DNA of 64,000 nucleotides, taken from positions 9,473 through 73,472 of the forward strand of contig JAXIYS010000078.1 of the NCBI GenBank assembly GCA_036304385.1, read 5' to 3'. Each line of letters starts with the position of its first letter. The stretch's first letter is position 1. A model generated the notes under the pieces. That model saw nothing but the letters and a program-made list of their open reading frames with translations. It searched no databases and was not told the origin of the DNA. This DNA comes from Collinsella sp. (GTDB lineage Bacteria; Actinomycetota; Coriobacteriia; Coriobacteriales; Coriobacteriaceae). Position numbers and translations under genes: made by a program. Positions 9,088 to 16,840 of the stretch are shown here, piece after piece.

Positions 9088-9825
9088 CTAGGCAAGCGGA
9101 TTCTTCTTTGCCATGCCATTTGCACGTGGCAATGAAACGGATGCTGGATGACTCTTCTTAAGAACAATGAATTCCCTGTGGCCCAAGCCCTCAGGCAAAT
9201 CGATTGCGTCATTCAAAAGCAAAGTGAAGCCGCTGATCTTAGCCGCTGACATGCCGGAAGCAAGCTCATCATCCGATGGATTGCCCTTCGTGATAACAAA
9301 TAGCCCACCGTCCTTGAGATACGGAGCCGCATACTCAACAAGAATCGGTAGAGGGGCAAGTGCGCGGGCGGTTACGACAGAGAACTGCTTCTTATGGCTC
9401 CGGGCATATTCTTCAAGTCGATCATGGACTGCATGACCGTATTTCAATCCAAGAGCATGAACAAAAGAATTGACAGCATCAACCTTCTTGCCAACAGAGT
9501 CAATATAAGTAGCTTTACGATGCGTGGTTATCGTTAATGGAATACCAGGGAAACCCGCACCAGTTCCCATATCGAGCAAAGCTCCCTCAGGAGCCTTATT
9601 GATATAAGGGAGCAAGACAAGTGAGTCGAGGATATGAAGTACCGCAGCGTCTTCTACGTTAAGAATACGGGTGAGATTGGTTGTCTTATTTGTTTCTAGA
9701 ACCAAATCCAAATGCTGAATACATTTCCTCAGCTCAGTATCAGTTACACTCAGGGAATACTCTTTGCAATAGGAAGTTAGACGACTCAGCATCTCGTCAG
9801 CCTGCTGGTCTGTAAGTACAAACAA
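9088..9825 (-). CDS. rsmG: 16S rRNA (guanine527-N7)-methyltransferase
   Basis: SAM-binding motif (LLDMGTGAGFPGIPL) and RsmG-like length. Start placed at TTG 9825, 6 nt after AAGGAG. An ATG at 9792 is the alternative, and the ORF-track start at 9936 is unlikely. Confidence 0.85.
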   Translation of the reverse strand: MFVLTDQQADEMLSRLTSYCKEYSLSVTDTELRKCIQHLDLVLETNKTTNLTRILNVEDAAVLHILDSLVLLPYINKAPEGALLDMGTGAGFPGIPLTITTHRKATYIDSVGKKVDAVNSFVHALGLKYGHAVHDRLEEYARSHKKQFSVVTARALAPLPILVEYAAPYLKDGGLFVITKGNPSDDELASGMSAAKISGFTLLLNDAIDLPEGLGHREFIVLKKSHPASVSLPRANGMAKKNPLA

Positions 9826-9869
9826 CAGAAGCTCCTTTCTGACAAAAATCAGTGTATCGAGAACTTTTG

Positions 9870-9902
9870 ACAAAAAAAGGGGGACGTGGAAACCACGCCC
9901 CC
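9870..9902 (-). terminator. Rho-independent terminator after jag
   Basis: The minus strand reads GGGGGCGTGG-TTTC-CACGTCCCCC followed by TTTTTTTG. It separates jag from the lower-GC rsmG-par unit. Confidence 0.7.
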
Positions 9903-9922
9903 TTAGCATAAGCTCGAGTAGA

Positions 9923-10492
9923 TTATCGAGCAACAATCACCACATGGCGATCAGGGTCAGAACCCTCAGAATGGGTATCGACGGCATCATTACCACGAAG
10001 TGCAATATGAACCAGTCGGCGCTCATAGGCATTCATGGGCGGAAGCGAAACACTCTTATGAGTACGGATGGCACGCTCGGCGGCAGACTGAGCCATAGAG
10101 GCAACCTTGTCCTGACGACGGCTCTTGTAGCCCTCAACGTCAACCACAACCGGATACCTAAAGCCAAGCTTGCGGCTCACCAGCAAAGAGAACATAACCT
10201 GAAGGGCATCGAGGGTACGACCATGACGGCCAATGAGAACAGCAAGATCAGGAGCCGTAACATCCAAAATCAACTCGCCCTCGTCGCCCTCGTACTCATC
10301 AATAGGAGAGTTGGCGGCATCGAAGTGCGAAAGGATGGAACGCAGAATAGAAATCGCAACATCGGCAATGGTGTCGAGCTCCTCATCGGTCAGCTCTTCA
10401 CCGGCCTTGTAGCGCTGTGCAATCTCGGGATAATCGCCCGCAATCTGCGGGGCAACCTCCTCAAGCATATCCTCGATGATCTCTTCAGACAT
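9923..10492 (-). CDS. jag: Jag/KhpB RNA-binding protein (KH + R3H domains)
   Basis: C-terminal R3H-like motif (LPPMNAYERRLVHIAL) and conserved position downstream of yidC. ATG at 10492 with GGAG 7 nt upstream. Confidence 0.85.
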   Translation of the reverse strand: MSEEIIEDMLEEVAPQIAGDYPEIAQRYKAGEELTDEELDTIADVAISILRSILSHFDAANSPIDEYEGDEGELILDVTAPDLAVLIGRHGRTLDALQVMFSLLVSRKLGFRYPVVVDVEGYKSRRQDKVASMAQSAAERAIRTHKSVSLPPMNAYERRLVHIALRGNDAVDTHSEGSDPDRHVVIVAR

Positions 10493-10507
10493 AACGTACT
10501 CCAAAAG

Positions 10508-10519
10508 TTAGGTACCTAA
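10508..10519. repeat. 12-bp perfect palindrome TTAGGTACCTAA, copy 2
   Basis: Identical to 7003-7014. It lies between the yidC stop and the jag start. Confidence 0.9.
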
Positions 10520-10537
10520 ATAAGATTGATATCCCGA

Positions 10538-11308
10538 CTACTTCTTCTTGTGCGGACGCGGCTTCTTCTCGCGACGGGTAACCTCGACCTGCAGCGGAGC
10601 GTTCTTGAGGCGCTCCTCCTCATCGGCCTTGGCCTTGTCGATAACCTTCTGCGTCACAAAGATCTGCTGGATAACCTGCCAAGCAGAAGACACATCGTAG
10701 TAAAGCAGAACGCCGACGGGCAGGCTCCAGCCCATCCAAAGCATCATGACGGTCATGACGACGGCCATCATGCGCATGCTCTGGGCCTGCTGACCAGTCT
10801 GATTGCGAGACATATACAGCTGCGGAATCAGGGTCAAGACAGCGAACAGAATCAGGCAAACCAGCGCAGGCAGCGCAACCATAAAGCCATCGGCAAAGGA
10901 AGCGCTCGGCGTGGTGGTAAGGTCAGGCAGGATGTTGAAGAACGAGAACGTGCCGTCGCTAAAGTAGTTCGGCAGGTTACGCAGCAGCGTAAACAGGGCG
11001 AACAGGACAGGCATCTGGATCAACAGCGGCAGACAACCAGCCATGGGGTTGAACTTGTTCTCGCTGTAGAACTTCTGCATCTCCTCGGCCTGGCGCTGGG
11101 GATCGTCGGCATAGCGCTCCTGGATCTCGAGCATCTTAGGCTGCAGCACCTGCATGCGAGCCGTCGACTTGGTCGACTTGAGCATAAGCGGCGTCAGCAG
11201 CAGACGGATGATGACCACCAAAATGATGATGGACAGGCCCCAGTCGACCGCAAAGGTCTGGATGAGCTTGAGCAGCTCAAAAAGGATGTTAACGATCCAA
11301 TCCCACAT
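10538..11308 (-). CDS. yidC: Membrane protein insertase YidC (short Gram-positive type)
   Basis: Multi-TM protein with the YidC/Oxa1 core (MQ.LQPKM..IQERY...NPMAGCLP.LIQ.P) and a basic C-terminal tail. Confidence 0.9.
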   Translation of the reverse strand: MWDWIVNILFELLKLIQTFAVDWGLSIIILVVIIRLLLTPLMLKSTKSTARMQVLQPKMLEIQERYADDPQRQAEEMQKFYSENKFNPMAGCLPLLIQMPVLFALFTLLRNLPNYFSDGTFSFFNILPDLTTTPSASFADGFMVALPALVCLILFAVLTLIPQLYMSRNQTGQQAQSMRMMAVVMTVMMLWMGWSLPVGVLLYYDVSSAWQVIQQIFVTQKVIDKAKADEEERLKNAPLQVEVTRREKKPRPHKKK

Positions 11309-11337
11309 GTAAGTTTTCCTCCGATAGCGAGTGCCCG

Positions 11338-11562
11338 CTAAGGCACAGGGTCATAACCGCCGACGTGCAGGGGATTGCAGCGAGCGATGCGCCTCACGGC
11401 AAGCCAGCAGCCTCTCAAAACACCGTACTTCTCAATCGCCTGGATAGCGTATTGTGAGCACGTTGGGTAATAAATGCAGGCGTCAGGCAATAAGGGCGAA
11501 ATAACCTGTTGATATATGCGAATAGGAGCGATGGCAACACGTCGCAAAACGTGATTGCTCAT
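11338..11562 (-). CDS. yidD: Membrane protein insertion efficiency factor YidD
   Basis: Conserved CxYxPTCSxY motif (CIYYPTCSQYA). Shows the typical 4-nt overlap with rnpA. Confidence 0.9.
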   Translation of the reverse strand: MSNHVLRRVAIAPIRIYQQVISPLLPDACIYYPTCSQYAIQAIEKYGVLRGCWLAVRRIARCNPLHVGGYDPVP

Positions 11563-11897
11563 CGCTCCTCCCCGGCAACGCCGGCGCGTTTCATAAGCGA
11601 ACGCAATGCCTTGTCCATCTCCTGCGGCGAGGAAACCCTCGTCTTGGGAGTCGCGAACAAGATGATGTCATAACCCGCAACGGGAAATCCACAGCTGCGG
11701 GCGGCCTCGCGCATCACACGCTTAGATCGGTTGCGCACGACAGCACAACCGAGTCGTTTAGCACCAACGAAGGCGACCCTTCCGGAGTCGCCTTCGCCAA
11801 CCGATTCACATATGGTCATTCGAATCAGAGGGTGATTGAAACGACGCCCCTGACTGAACACATGCTCGAAATCTTGCCGAGACTTAATAGTCTTCAT
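11559..11897 (-). CDS. rnpA: Ribonuclease P protein component
   Basis: Basic 112-aa protein with an RNR-like motif (AVVRNRSKRVMREA) and conserved rpmH-rnpA synteny. Confidence 0.88.
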   Translation of the reverse strand: MKTIKSRQDFEHVFSQGRRFNHPLIRMTICESVGEGDSGRVAFVGAKRLGCAVVRNRSKRVMREAARSCGFPVAGYDIILFATPKTRVSSPQEMDKALRSLMKRAGVAGEER

Positions 11898-11917
11898 GCG
11901 AGATGTGTGTATCGCTG

Positions 11918-12052
11918 CTAGACAGTGAGACGCTTGCGGCCCTTGGCGCGACGACGGGCGAGCACGGCACGACCACCCTTAGTGGCCATACGGGCACGGA
12001 AGCCATGGGTCTTGGCACGCTTACGCTTATTAGGCTGATACGTACGCTTCAT
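11918..12052 (-). CDS. rpmH: 50S ribosomal protein L34
   Basis: [44 protein letters not shown], a canonical 44-aa L34. The ORF-track start at 12112 is too long. Confidence 0.95.
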   Translation of the reverse strand: MKRTYQPNKRKRAKTHGFRARMATKGGRAVLARRRAKGRKRLTV

Positions 12053-12224
12053 CTTAAGTTCCTCCTGCTGCATTTCGAGTGTCCGCGGGGGCGCGGACGC
12101 AGATATAGACACGTGAGCTTGAAGATTGTAGGGAAATCAATGTTCAAATGTCAAGAAATCAAAGGTGAAAGGTTGCAAAGAGTACACGGTTCCCCCATAA
12201 GCAGAACCGGCATTTGAGGCAGCA

Positions 12225-12345
12225 GGCAACTTTTCACGAAATTTCATCGAGTTTTCAACAGGTCATGTTGGAAATGTTGAGAACTTTTCGTCCGTTTTCC
12301 AAAGTTTTCAACAGATTTTGAAAACTTGTCGAAAGATGAGAAACA
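12225..12345. promoter_or_regulatory. Cluster of DnaA-box-like motifs (upstream half of a putative bipartite oriC / dnaA-operon control region)
   Basis: Boxes of the form TTTTC(A/C)A(A/C)A: TTTTCACGA near 12231, AGTTTTCAACAG at 12250 and 12303, TGTTGGAAA and TGTTGAGAA near 12267-12283, and TTTTCCAAA near 12295. A 17-mer TTGAAAACTTGTCGAAA (12318-12334) is repeated at 15508-15524. Confidence 0.5.
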
Positions 12346-12397
12346 TTGCGTGGTGAGCTACTATTTTTTCAAAACCTTTTGAAAGATTGCGAGCGGC

Positions 12398-13750
12398 ATG
12401 TCTGACGACTTCTACACCATGGTCGATTCCGGTGATCCGGCACCCGACAACGAGCACATCACCGGCGTGCGCGAAGAACGCAACGAGAGCGAGCAGGTCA
12501 CCGCACAAGCACCAAAGGCTATGTATGCAGCGCGCATCGCGGTCTACGACGACATGCTGTCGACACCACGTGTCATCGTCATCGAACCGCAAGACGTCCG
12601 TACCTACTTGGAAGAGACAACTAACACCGTCTATCAGTGCATGAAAGAACAGGGAGGACGCATCTCGCTGATGGTTATCCGCGAGATTGTCGAAAACTTT
12701 ATCCACGCGCATTTCGCAGAGCCCATCATCTCAATTCTCGACGGTGGCGATACCATCCGCTTTGCCGATCAGGGTCCGGGCATCGACGACAAAGAGCGTG
12801 CCTTCGACTTTGGCGTAACCAGCGCAAACAGCAAGATGAAACGGTATATCCGCGGCACCGGCGCCGGGTTTCCCATGGTACAGGAGTACTTGGAAAACGC
12901 CGGCGGCGCCGTCTCCATCGAGGACAACATGGGCAACGGCACCGTCGTGACGGTGAGCCTGGACCCCAAGCGCGTGCAGGAAATCGAACGTGCTGGCGGG
13001 CGCGGGGCAGCCGTGCGGCCCGAAACAGAGCAGCAGGCATATCCCATGCCGGGCGCCTTCACGCAGCAACCCGCAGCGATGCAACAGGTGCAACAGCAAA
13101 TGGCCCCCATGCAGCAGCCTGGCATGGCCCCCATGCAAGAGCTCCAGGCACCCTCGGGCGCGATTCCCCAAAACATACCCGATGCAAAGCCAGCGATGGG
13201 CCAGGACGCGGGAACCTTGCAGCAGATGGCGGGCGCATCGGCCGCACAGCAGATGTCCTATCAACCGAACCCGCAAGGGTATCCGGCTCAATACGCACCG
13301 CAAACGGGATATGCGCAGGCATACCCCCAGCAATACCCGCTGGGATACCAGCAGCCGTACCAACAGATGCCCCAGGCGCAGTACAACCCATGGGCCCAGC
13401 AGATGCCCCCGCAGCCTTACCAACAGTGGCCTCAAAGTTTTCAACAGCAGCCGCTGCCCATGCAGAGTTCTCAACAACCAGCAGCTCAAATGATGTATCC
13501 TAATGCGGCGAATCAATATGCACAGCCGCAGCAAAACGTATTTGTGAGCGAGCGCGGCGAAGCGGCACTGGGCTATCTGGCTCAAAACCAGGAGTGTGGC
13601 GCAACCGACCTGGCACGAGCGTTTGGAAACTCAGCGCCCACGTGGTCGCGAACGCTCAACGACTTGGCACAGGCCGGCTTGGTATTCAAACATGGCCAGA
13701 AATATCATCTGACCGAAATAGGCAGCGCTCGCGTGCGAGCCCAAAGTTAA
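12398..13750 (+). CDS. GHKL-type ATPase domain protein with a long Q/P-rich low-complexity linker and a C-terminal winged-helix DNA-binding domain
   Basis: Motif I-like REIVENFIHAH, G1-like ADQGPGID, G2-like RGTGAGF...GNGTVVTVSL, about 190 aa rich in Q/P/M/Y, and C-terminal GATDLARAFGNSAPTWSRTLNDLAQAGLVFKHGQKYHLTEIG. The stop is 15 nt before the dnaA start. Confidence 0.7.
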   Translation: MSDDFYTMVDSGDPAPDNEHITGVREERNESEQVTAQAPKAMYAARIAVYDDMLSTPRVIVIEPQDVRTYLEETTNTVYQCMKEQGGRISLMVIREIVENFIHAHFAEPIISILDGGDTIRFADQGPGIDDKERAFDFGVTSANSKMKRYIRGTGAGFPMVQEYLENAGGAVSIEDNMGNGTVVTVSLDPKRVQEIERAGGRGAAVRPETEQQAYPMPGAFTQQPAAMQQVQQQMAPMQQPGMAPMQELQAPSGAIPQNIPDAKPAMGQDAGTLQQMAGASAAQQMSYQPNPQGYPAQYAPQTGYAQAYPQQYPLGYQQPYQQMPQAQYNPWAQQMPPQPYQQWPQSFQQQPLPMQSSQQPAAQMMYPNAANQYAQPQQNVFVSERGEAALGYLAQNQECGATDLARAFGNSAPTWSRTLNDLAQAGLVFKHGQKYHLTEIGSARVRAQS

Positions 13751-13765
13751 GGAGCGGGAGAAACA

Positions 13766-15490
13766 GTGGACGAGGAAGCAAGCATCATCCTGGGAGATGC
13801 CATCGCCTTTTGTCAGCGCGACGGCCAAGATGCACGCCTCATCAACATGCTGGGACAATCGCGCGCCGTAAGTTTAACCGAGGACACTCTGACGATTGAG
13901 GCCCCTTCGCGCTTTGCCATCGCTCAGCTCAAAAAGCATCAGCCGACCATCGAGGCGTACCTAGAAGAGATCGCCTTTGCACCGATCGCGCTCAATATCG
14001 TGGCACCGCAAGGCGCCTCGGCAAATACGGCCCCGGTCACCCACCCGGTAGCGACCGCCACCGCAGCGGCAACGCCGGCGCCCGAGCCTCGACGCGACGA
14101 TGTTTCCCGTGAAACCTTGGCACCGCAGCCGACCGCTTCGGTCGCACCGGCGGTAGAGCCAACCCCCTCGCCCATCCCGACCGCCACGCATATGCCCGTC
14201 GCACATGAGGCGACACCCGGCGAGGAATCGGGCATTGCAATCAAAAACACGTTGTCCGCCGACGATTTCCGCCGCATGATGACCCAAATGAATGGCAGGC
14301 CACCGGCGAAAAGCGCGAGTTCGTCCGCAGCGCCGGCAGCACCTTCGGCGGCGGCCCCGGCGGCAGTCGAGAAAAACGCGGACGGGGCACCCCTCGCAGC
14401 GAATTCGAAATTCACGTTTGAAAACTTCGTCTTCGGACCGGAGAACAGTCTTGCCTACCGATCGGCGCTCAAATTCGCCATGCTTGCAGACACGCCCGGT
14501 ACCTGCACGTCGCTGTTCATCTACGGCAAATCGGGCCTGGGCAAGACGCACCTGCTGCTCGCCATCAAAAATGAGCTGGCAGAGAAATCGCCCGAGATCA
14601 AGGTGAAGTACGCCAACTCGCAGGCATATCTGGACGACTTGATGACGGAATTCGACCGCCAAAAGAAGAGCAACGCCCCCATTATGCAGGCGTACCACGG
14701 CGTCGACGTGCTTATCATCGATGACATCCAGAACATCATTGGCAAGCGCGCGAGCGTGGATTACTTCTTCCAGTTGATGGACGAATTCATCCGTAACAAC
14801 AAGAAAGTCGTGATCGCCGCCGACCGCGCTCCCAAAGACCTTAATATGGACGAACGCCTGACCAGCCGCTTTAATGCCGGTCTGCTGTGTCTGGTGGCGG
14901 AGCCTAGCTACGAGATGAAGTACAAGATTTTGCAGCGTTATTACGAGAACACGATCGCCGCCGCGCCAGAGGCGGGCAACGACTCGCTGCTGGCGGCCTA
15001 CGGGGGCGACGGCGGACATCTGACCGACGCGCACTTTAAACACATGGCCGAGGTCTCGGGCACCAACATTCGCGAGCTCGAGAGCTTTTGCGAGCGTTGC
15101 GCCGGCGAAGCGGGCGATCGCGAGCGCGAGGGCAGGGAACTCACCTTTGACGACATCGACGCCATCGCCAACCAGTACTTCGACACATCGGCCAAGAAGA
15201 TCAATGTGCAGACGGTCCAGTCCGTCATCGAGGAGCAATACGGTGTGACGCACGAGGAGCTCATCGGGCCTCGCCGCAACGCCAATATCGCCAAGGCGCG
15301 CCATATCGCTATCTACCTGGCGATCGAGATGTGCGAGATGACGACAACGGCCGTGGGTGCCGAGTTTGGCAACCGCAACCACTCGACCGTCAGCACGAGC
15401 TACAAAAAGGTTCAGAAGATGATTCAGGAAGACCGGACTGTTACCGAAGACCTCAAATCGCTGCGCGATAAAATTACACTGCGCTCGTAG
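13766..15490 (+). CDS. dnaA: Chromosomal replication initiator protein DnaA
   Basis: Walker A (GKSGLGKTHLL), Walker B (VLIIDDIQ), domain IV (ARHIAIYL...FGNRNHSTV) and a P/A-rich domain II linker. GTG start after AAGGAG. Confidence 0.95.
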   Translation: MDEEASIILGDAIAFCQRDGQDARLINMLGQSRAVSLTEDTLTIEAPSRFAIAQLKKHQPTIEAYLEEIAFAPIALNIVAPQGASANTAPVTHPVATATAAATPAPEPRRDDVSRETLAPQPTASVAPAVEPTPSPIPTATHMPVAHEATPGEESGIAIKNTLSADDFRRMMTQMNGRPPAKSASSSAAPAAPSAAAPAAVEKNADGAPLAANSKFTFENFVFGPENSLAYRSALKFAMLADTPGTCTSLFIYGKSGLGKTHLLLAIKNELAEKSPEIKVKYANSQAYLDDLMTEFDRQKKSNAPIMQAYHGVDVLIIDDIQNIIGKRASVDYFFQLMDEFIRNNKKVVIAADRAPKDLNMDERLTSRFNAGLLCLVAEPSYEMKYKILQRYYENTIAAAPEAGNDSLLAAYGGDGGHLTDAHFKHMAEVSGTNIRELESFCERCAGEAGDREREGRELTFDDIDAIANQYFDTSAKKINVQTVQSVIEEQYGVTHEELIGPRRNANIAKARHIAIYLAIEMCEMTTTAVGAEFGNRNHSTVSTSYKKVQKMIQEDRTVTEDLKSLRDKITLRS

Positions 15491-15499
15491 GTAAATGAA

Positions 15500-15600
15500 C
15501 ACACCTGTTGAAAACTTGTCGAAACGAAGGCTATAAGGTGTCGAAAACTCGAGCCGCGGTGATGAAAAGTTTTGCGCAGGTTTTGAACGTGGAAAACATG
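15500..15600. promoter_or_regulatory. DnaA-box-like cluster between dnaA and dnaN
   Basis: CTGTTGAAAACT (15505-15516, reverse complement of the 12-mer), TGTCGAAAC, TGTCGAAAAC (15539-15548) and GTGGAAAAC near 15590. Confidence 0.5.
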
Positions 15601-15654
15601 CCCGGTTGCACACAGGTTCCTGTCGATTCTCTTTTTAGGGCTGACCTGCACTTT

Positions 15655-15728
15655 TAGGAGTAATCAACAGTTTCGTCAGTACTATTACTATTATTAAGAT
15701 ATTTATATCTATAGAAAGGTATTAAAAG
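15655..15728. promoter_or_regulatory. AT-rich putative DNA unwinding element (DUE) just upstream of dnaN
   Basis: GTACTATTACTATTATTAAGATATTTATATCTATAGAAAGGTATTAAAAG is the most AT-rich stretch of the window and sits next to the box cluster. Confidence 0.55.
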
Positions 15729-16832
15729 ATGAAGTTCACCGTCAGCCAGAGCTCGCTTACGCAAGCCATCGGCGTCGTTATGAAAGGCGTCGCTTCGGCA
15801 TCCACCCTTCCCATTCTGTCGGGCGTGCTCGTTAAGGCACAAGACGGCATCTTGGAATTCCAGACCTCCAACTACACCATCTCGATTCGTCACCGCATTG
15901 CGGCTCATGTCGAAGAGGAGGGCGAGATGGTGATTCCCTGCAAGATGCTCTCCAACATCACCAAGACCCTTCCCGATGCCCCGGTCACCTTTGAGCTGTC
16001 CGAGCGTCAGGTTTTGATTGGCTGCGAGAAGAGCTCTTTCCGCCTCAACACGCTCGATGCCAACGACTTTCCCGAGTTCCCGGCATACGCCATCGAGAGC
16101 GCCGTCGAGCTGCCGACCGATATCCTGTCCGAAATGGTGAGCCGCGTATGGCGCGTCACCTCGACCGACAAGGCCCGCCCCATCCTGGGTGGCGTGCACA
16201 TGAAGGTCGAGAACAACACCGTGCGCCTGGTCGCGACCGATTCCTTCCGACTGGCCGTGTGCGATACGCAGGTCGAGACCTCGACCCTCGAAGGTTCCTT
16301 TGAGCTCAACGTGCCTGCCGACGCCTTCAACGACGCGCTGAGCATCATGGCGAGCCAGGCTACCATCATGATCGGCGCAACCGACACCCAGGTTGTCTTT
16401 GAGGCCGGCAACACCACCTACGTGTCGCGCCGCATCGAGGGCGTATATCCCAATTACAAGCAGCTCATCCCCGATTCATGCGTGACGAGCGTCAAGATTG
16501 ACGTAGCCGCCTTTAACGCCGCCCTCAAGCGTGTGGCCGTTATCGCGAGCGCCAACCCCGCTGTCAAGTTTGAGATCGATGTTGAGAACGGCCAGATGGG
16601 CCTGTCCTCCATTTCCAACGACCAGGATCTGGCGCAGGAGACGATCGATGTCGAGGCCGAGGGCGAGTCGGGCACCATCGCCTTCAACTACCACTACATC
16701 TTTGGCTGCCTCAATGCCCTGTCCAAGGAGAAGGAGATCACGCTGGAGCTCAAGAGCTATTCGCAGGCTGGCATCTTCAAGTCCTACGACAAGATCAACT
16801 ACCTGTACCTGGTCATGCCGGTACGCATCTAG
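15729..16832 (+). CDS. dnaN: DNA polymerase III beta sliding clamp
   Basis: 367 aa with three-domain clamp-like sequence and dnaA-dnaN-recF synteny. Confidence 0.95.
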   Translation: MKFTVSQSSLTQAIGVVMKGVASASTLPILSGVLVKAQDGILEFQTSNYTISIRHRIAAHVEEEGEMVIPCKMLSNITKTLPDAPVTFELSERQVLIGCEKSSFRLNTLDANDFPEFPAYAIESAVELPTDILSEMVSRVWRVTSTDKARPILGGVHMKVENNTVRLVATDSFRLAVCDTQVETSTLEGSFELNVPADAFNDALSIMASQATIMIGATDTQVVFEAGNTTYVSRRIEGVYPNYKQLIPDSCVTSVKIDVAAFNAALKRVAVIASANPAVKFEIDVENGQMGLSSISNDQDLAQETIDVEAEGESGTIAFNYHYIFGCLNALSKEKEITLELKSYSQAGIFKSYDKINYLYLVMPVRI

Positions 16833-16840
16833 CACTGCCC

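Noticed and set aside
12308-12712. A 134-aa minus-strand ORF spanning the rpmH-proximal intergenic region and the start of the GHKL gene
   Set aside because: It overlaps the DnaA-box-like cluster and the better-supported plus-strand gene. It has no RBS or recognisable motifs.
12637-13585. Alternative-frame and antisense ORFs (12637-13503 +, 12731-13585 -, 12990-13493 +) across the Q/P-rich part of the GHKL-wHTH gene. These could indicate a frameshifted pseudogene.
   Set aside because: The 12398-13750 frame is continuous. It joins a recognisable ATPase N-terminus to a recognisable wHTH C-terminus. The other frames give R/P/A-rich nonsense typical of repetitive CAG/CCG-rich DNA.
13961-15613. 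A 550-aa ORF antisense to dnaA, and similar long antisense ORFs at 5663-6829, 19173-20609, 22052-23194, 25085-26365, 26615-27988, 31691-33466, 33226-34638, 35170-36384, 36656-38617, 39552-40772, 43046-45556, 50423-52543, 54816-55949 and 58576-59970
   Set aside because: Each lies opposite a gene with unmistakable conserved motifs. The translated products are low-complexity (R/G/A/H/V/L-rich) with no recognisable motifs. Long stop-free antisense frames are expected in DNA of about 60% GC or higher.
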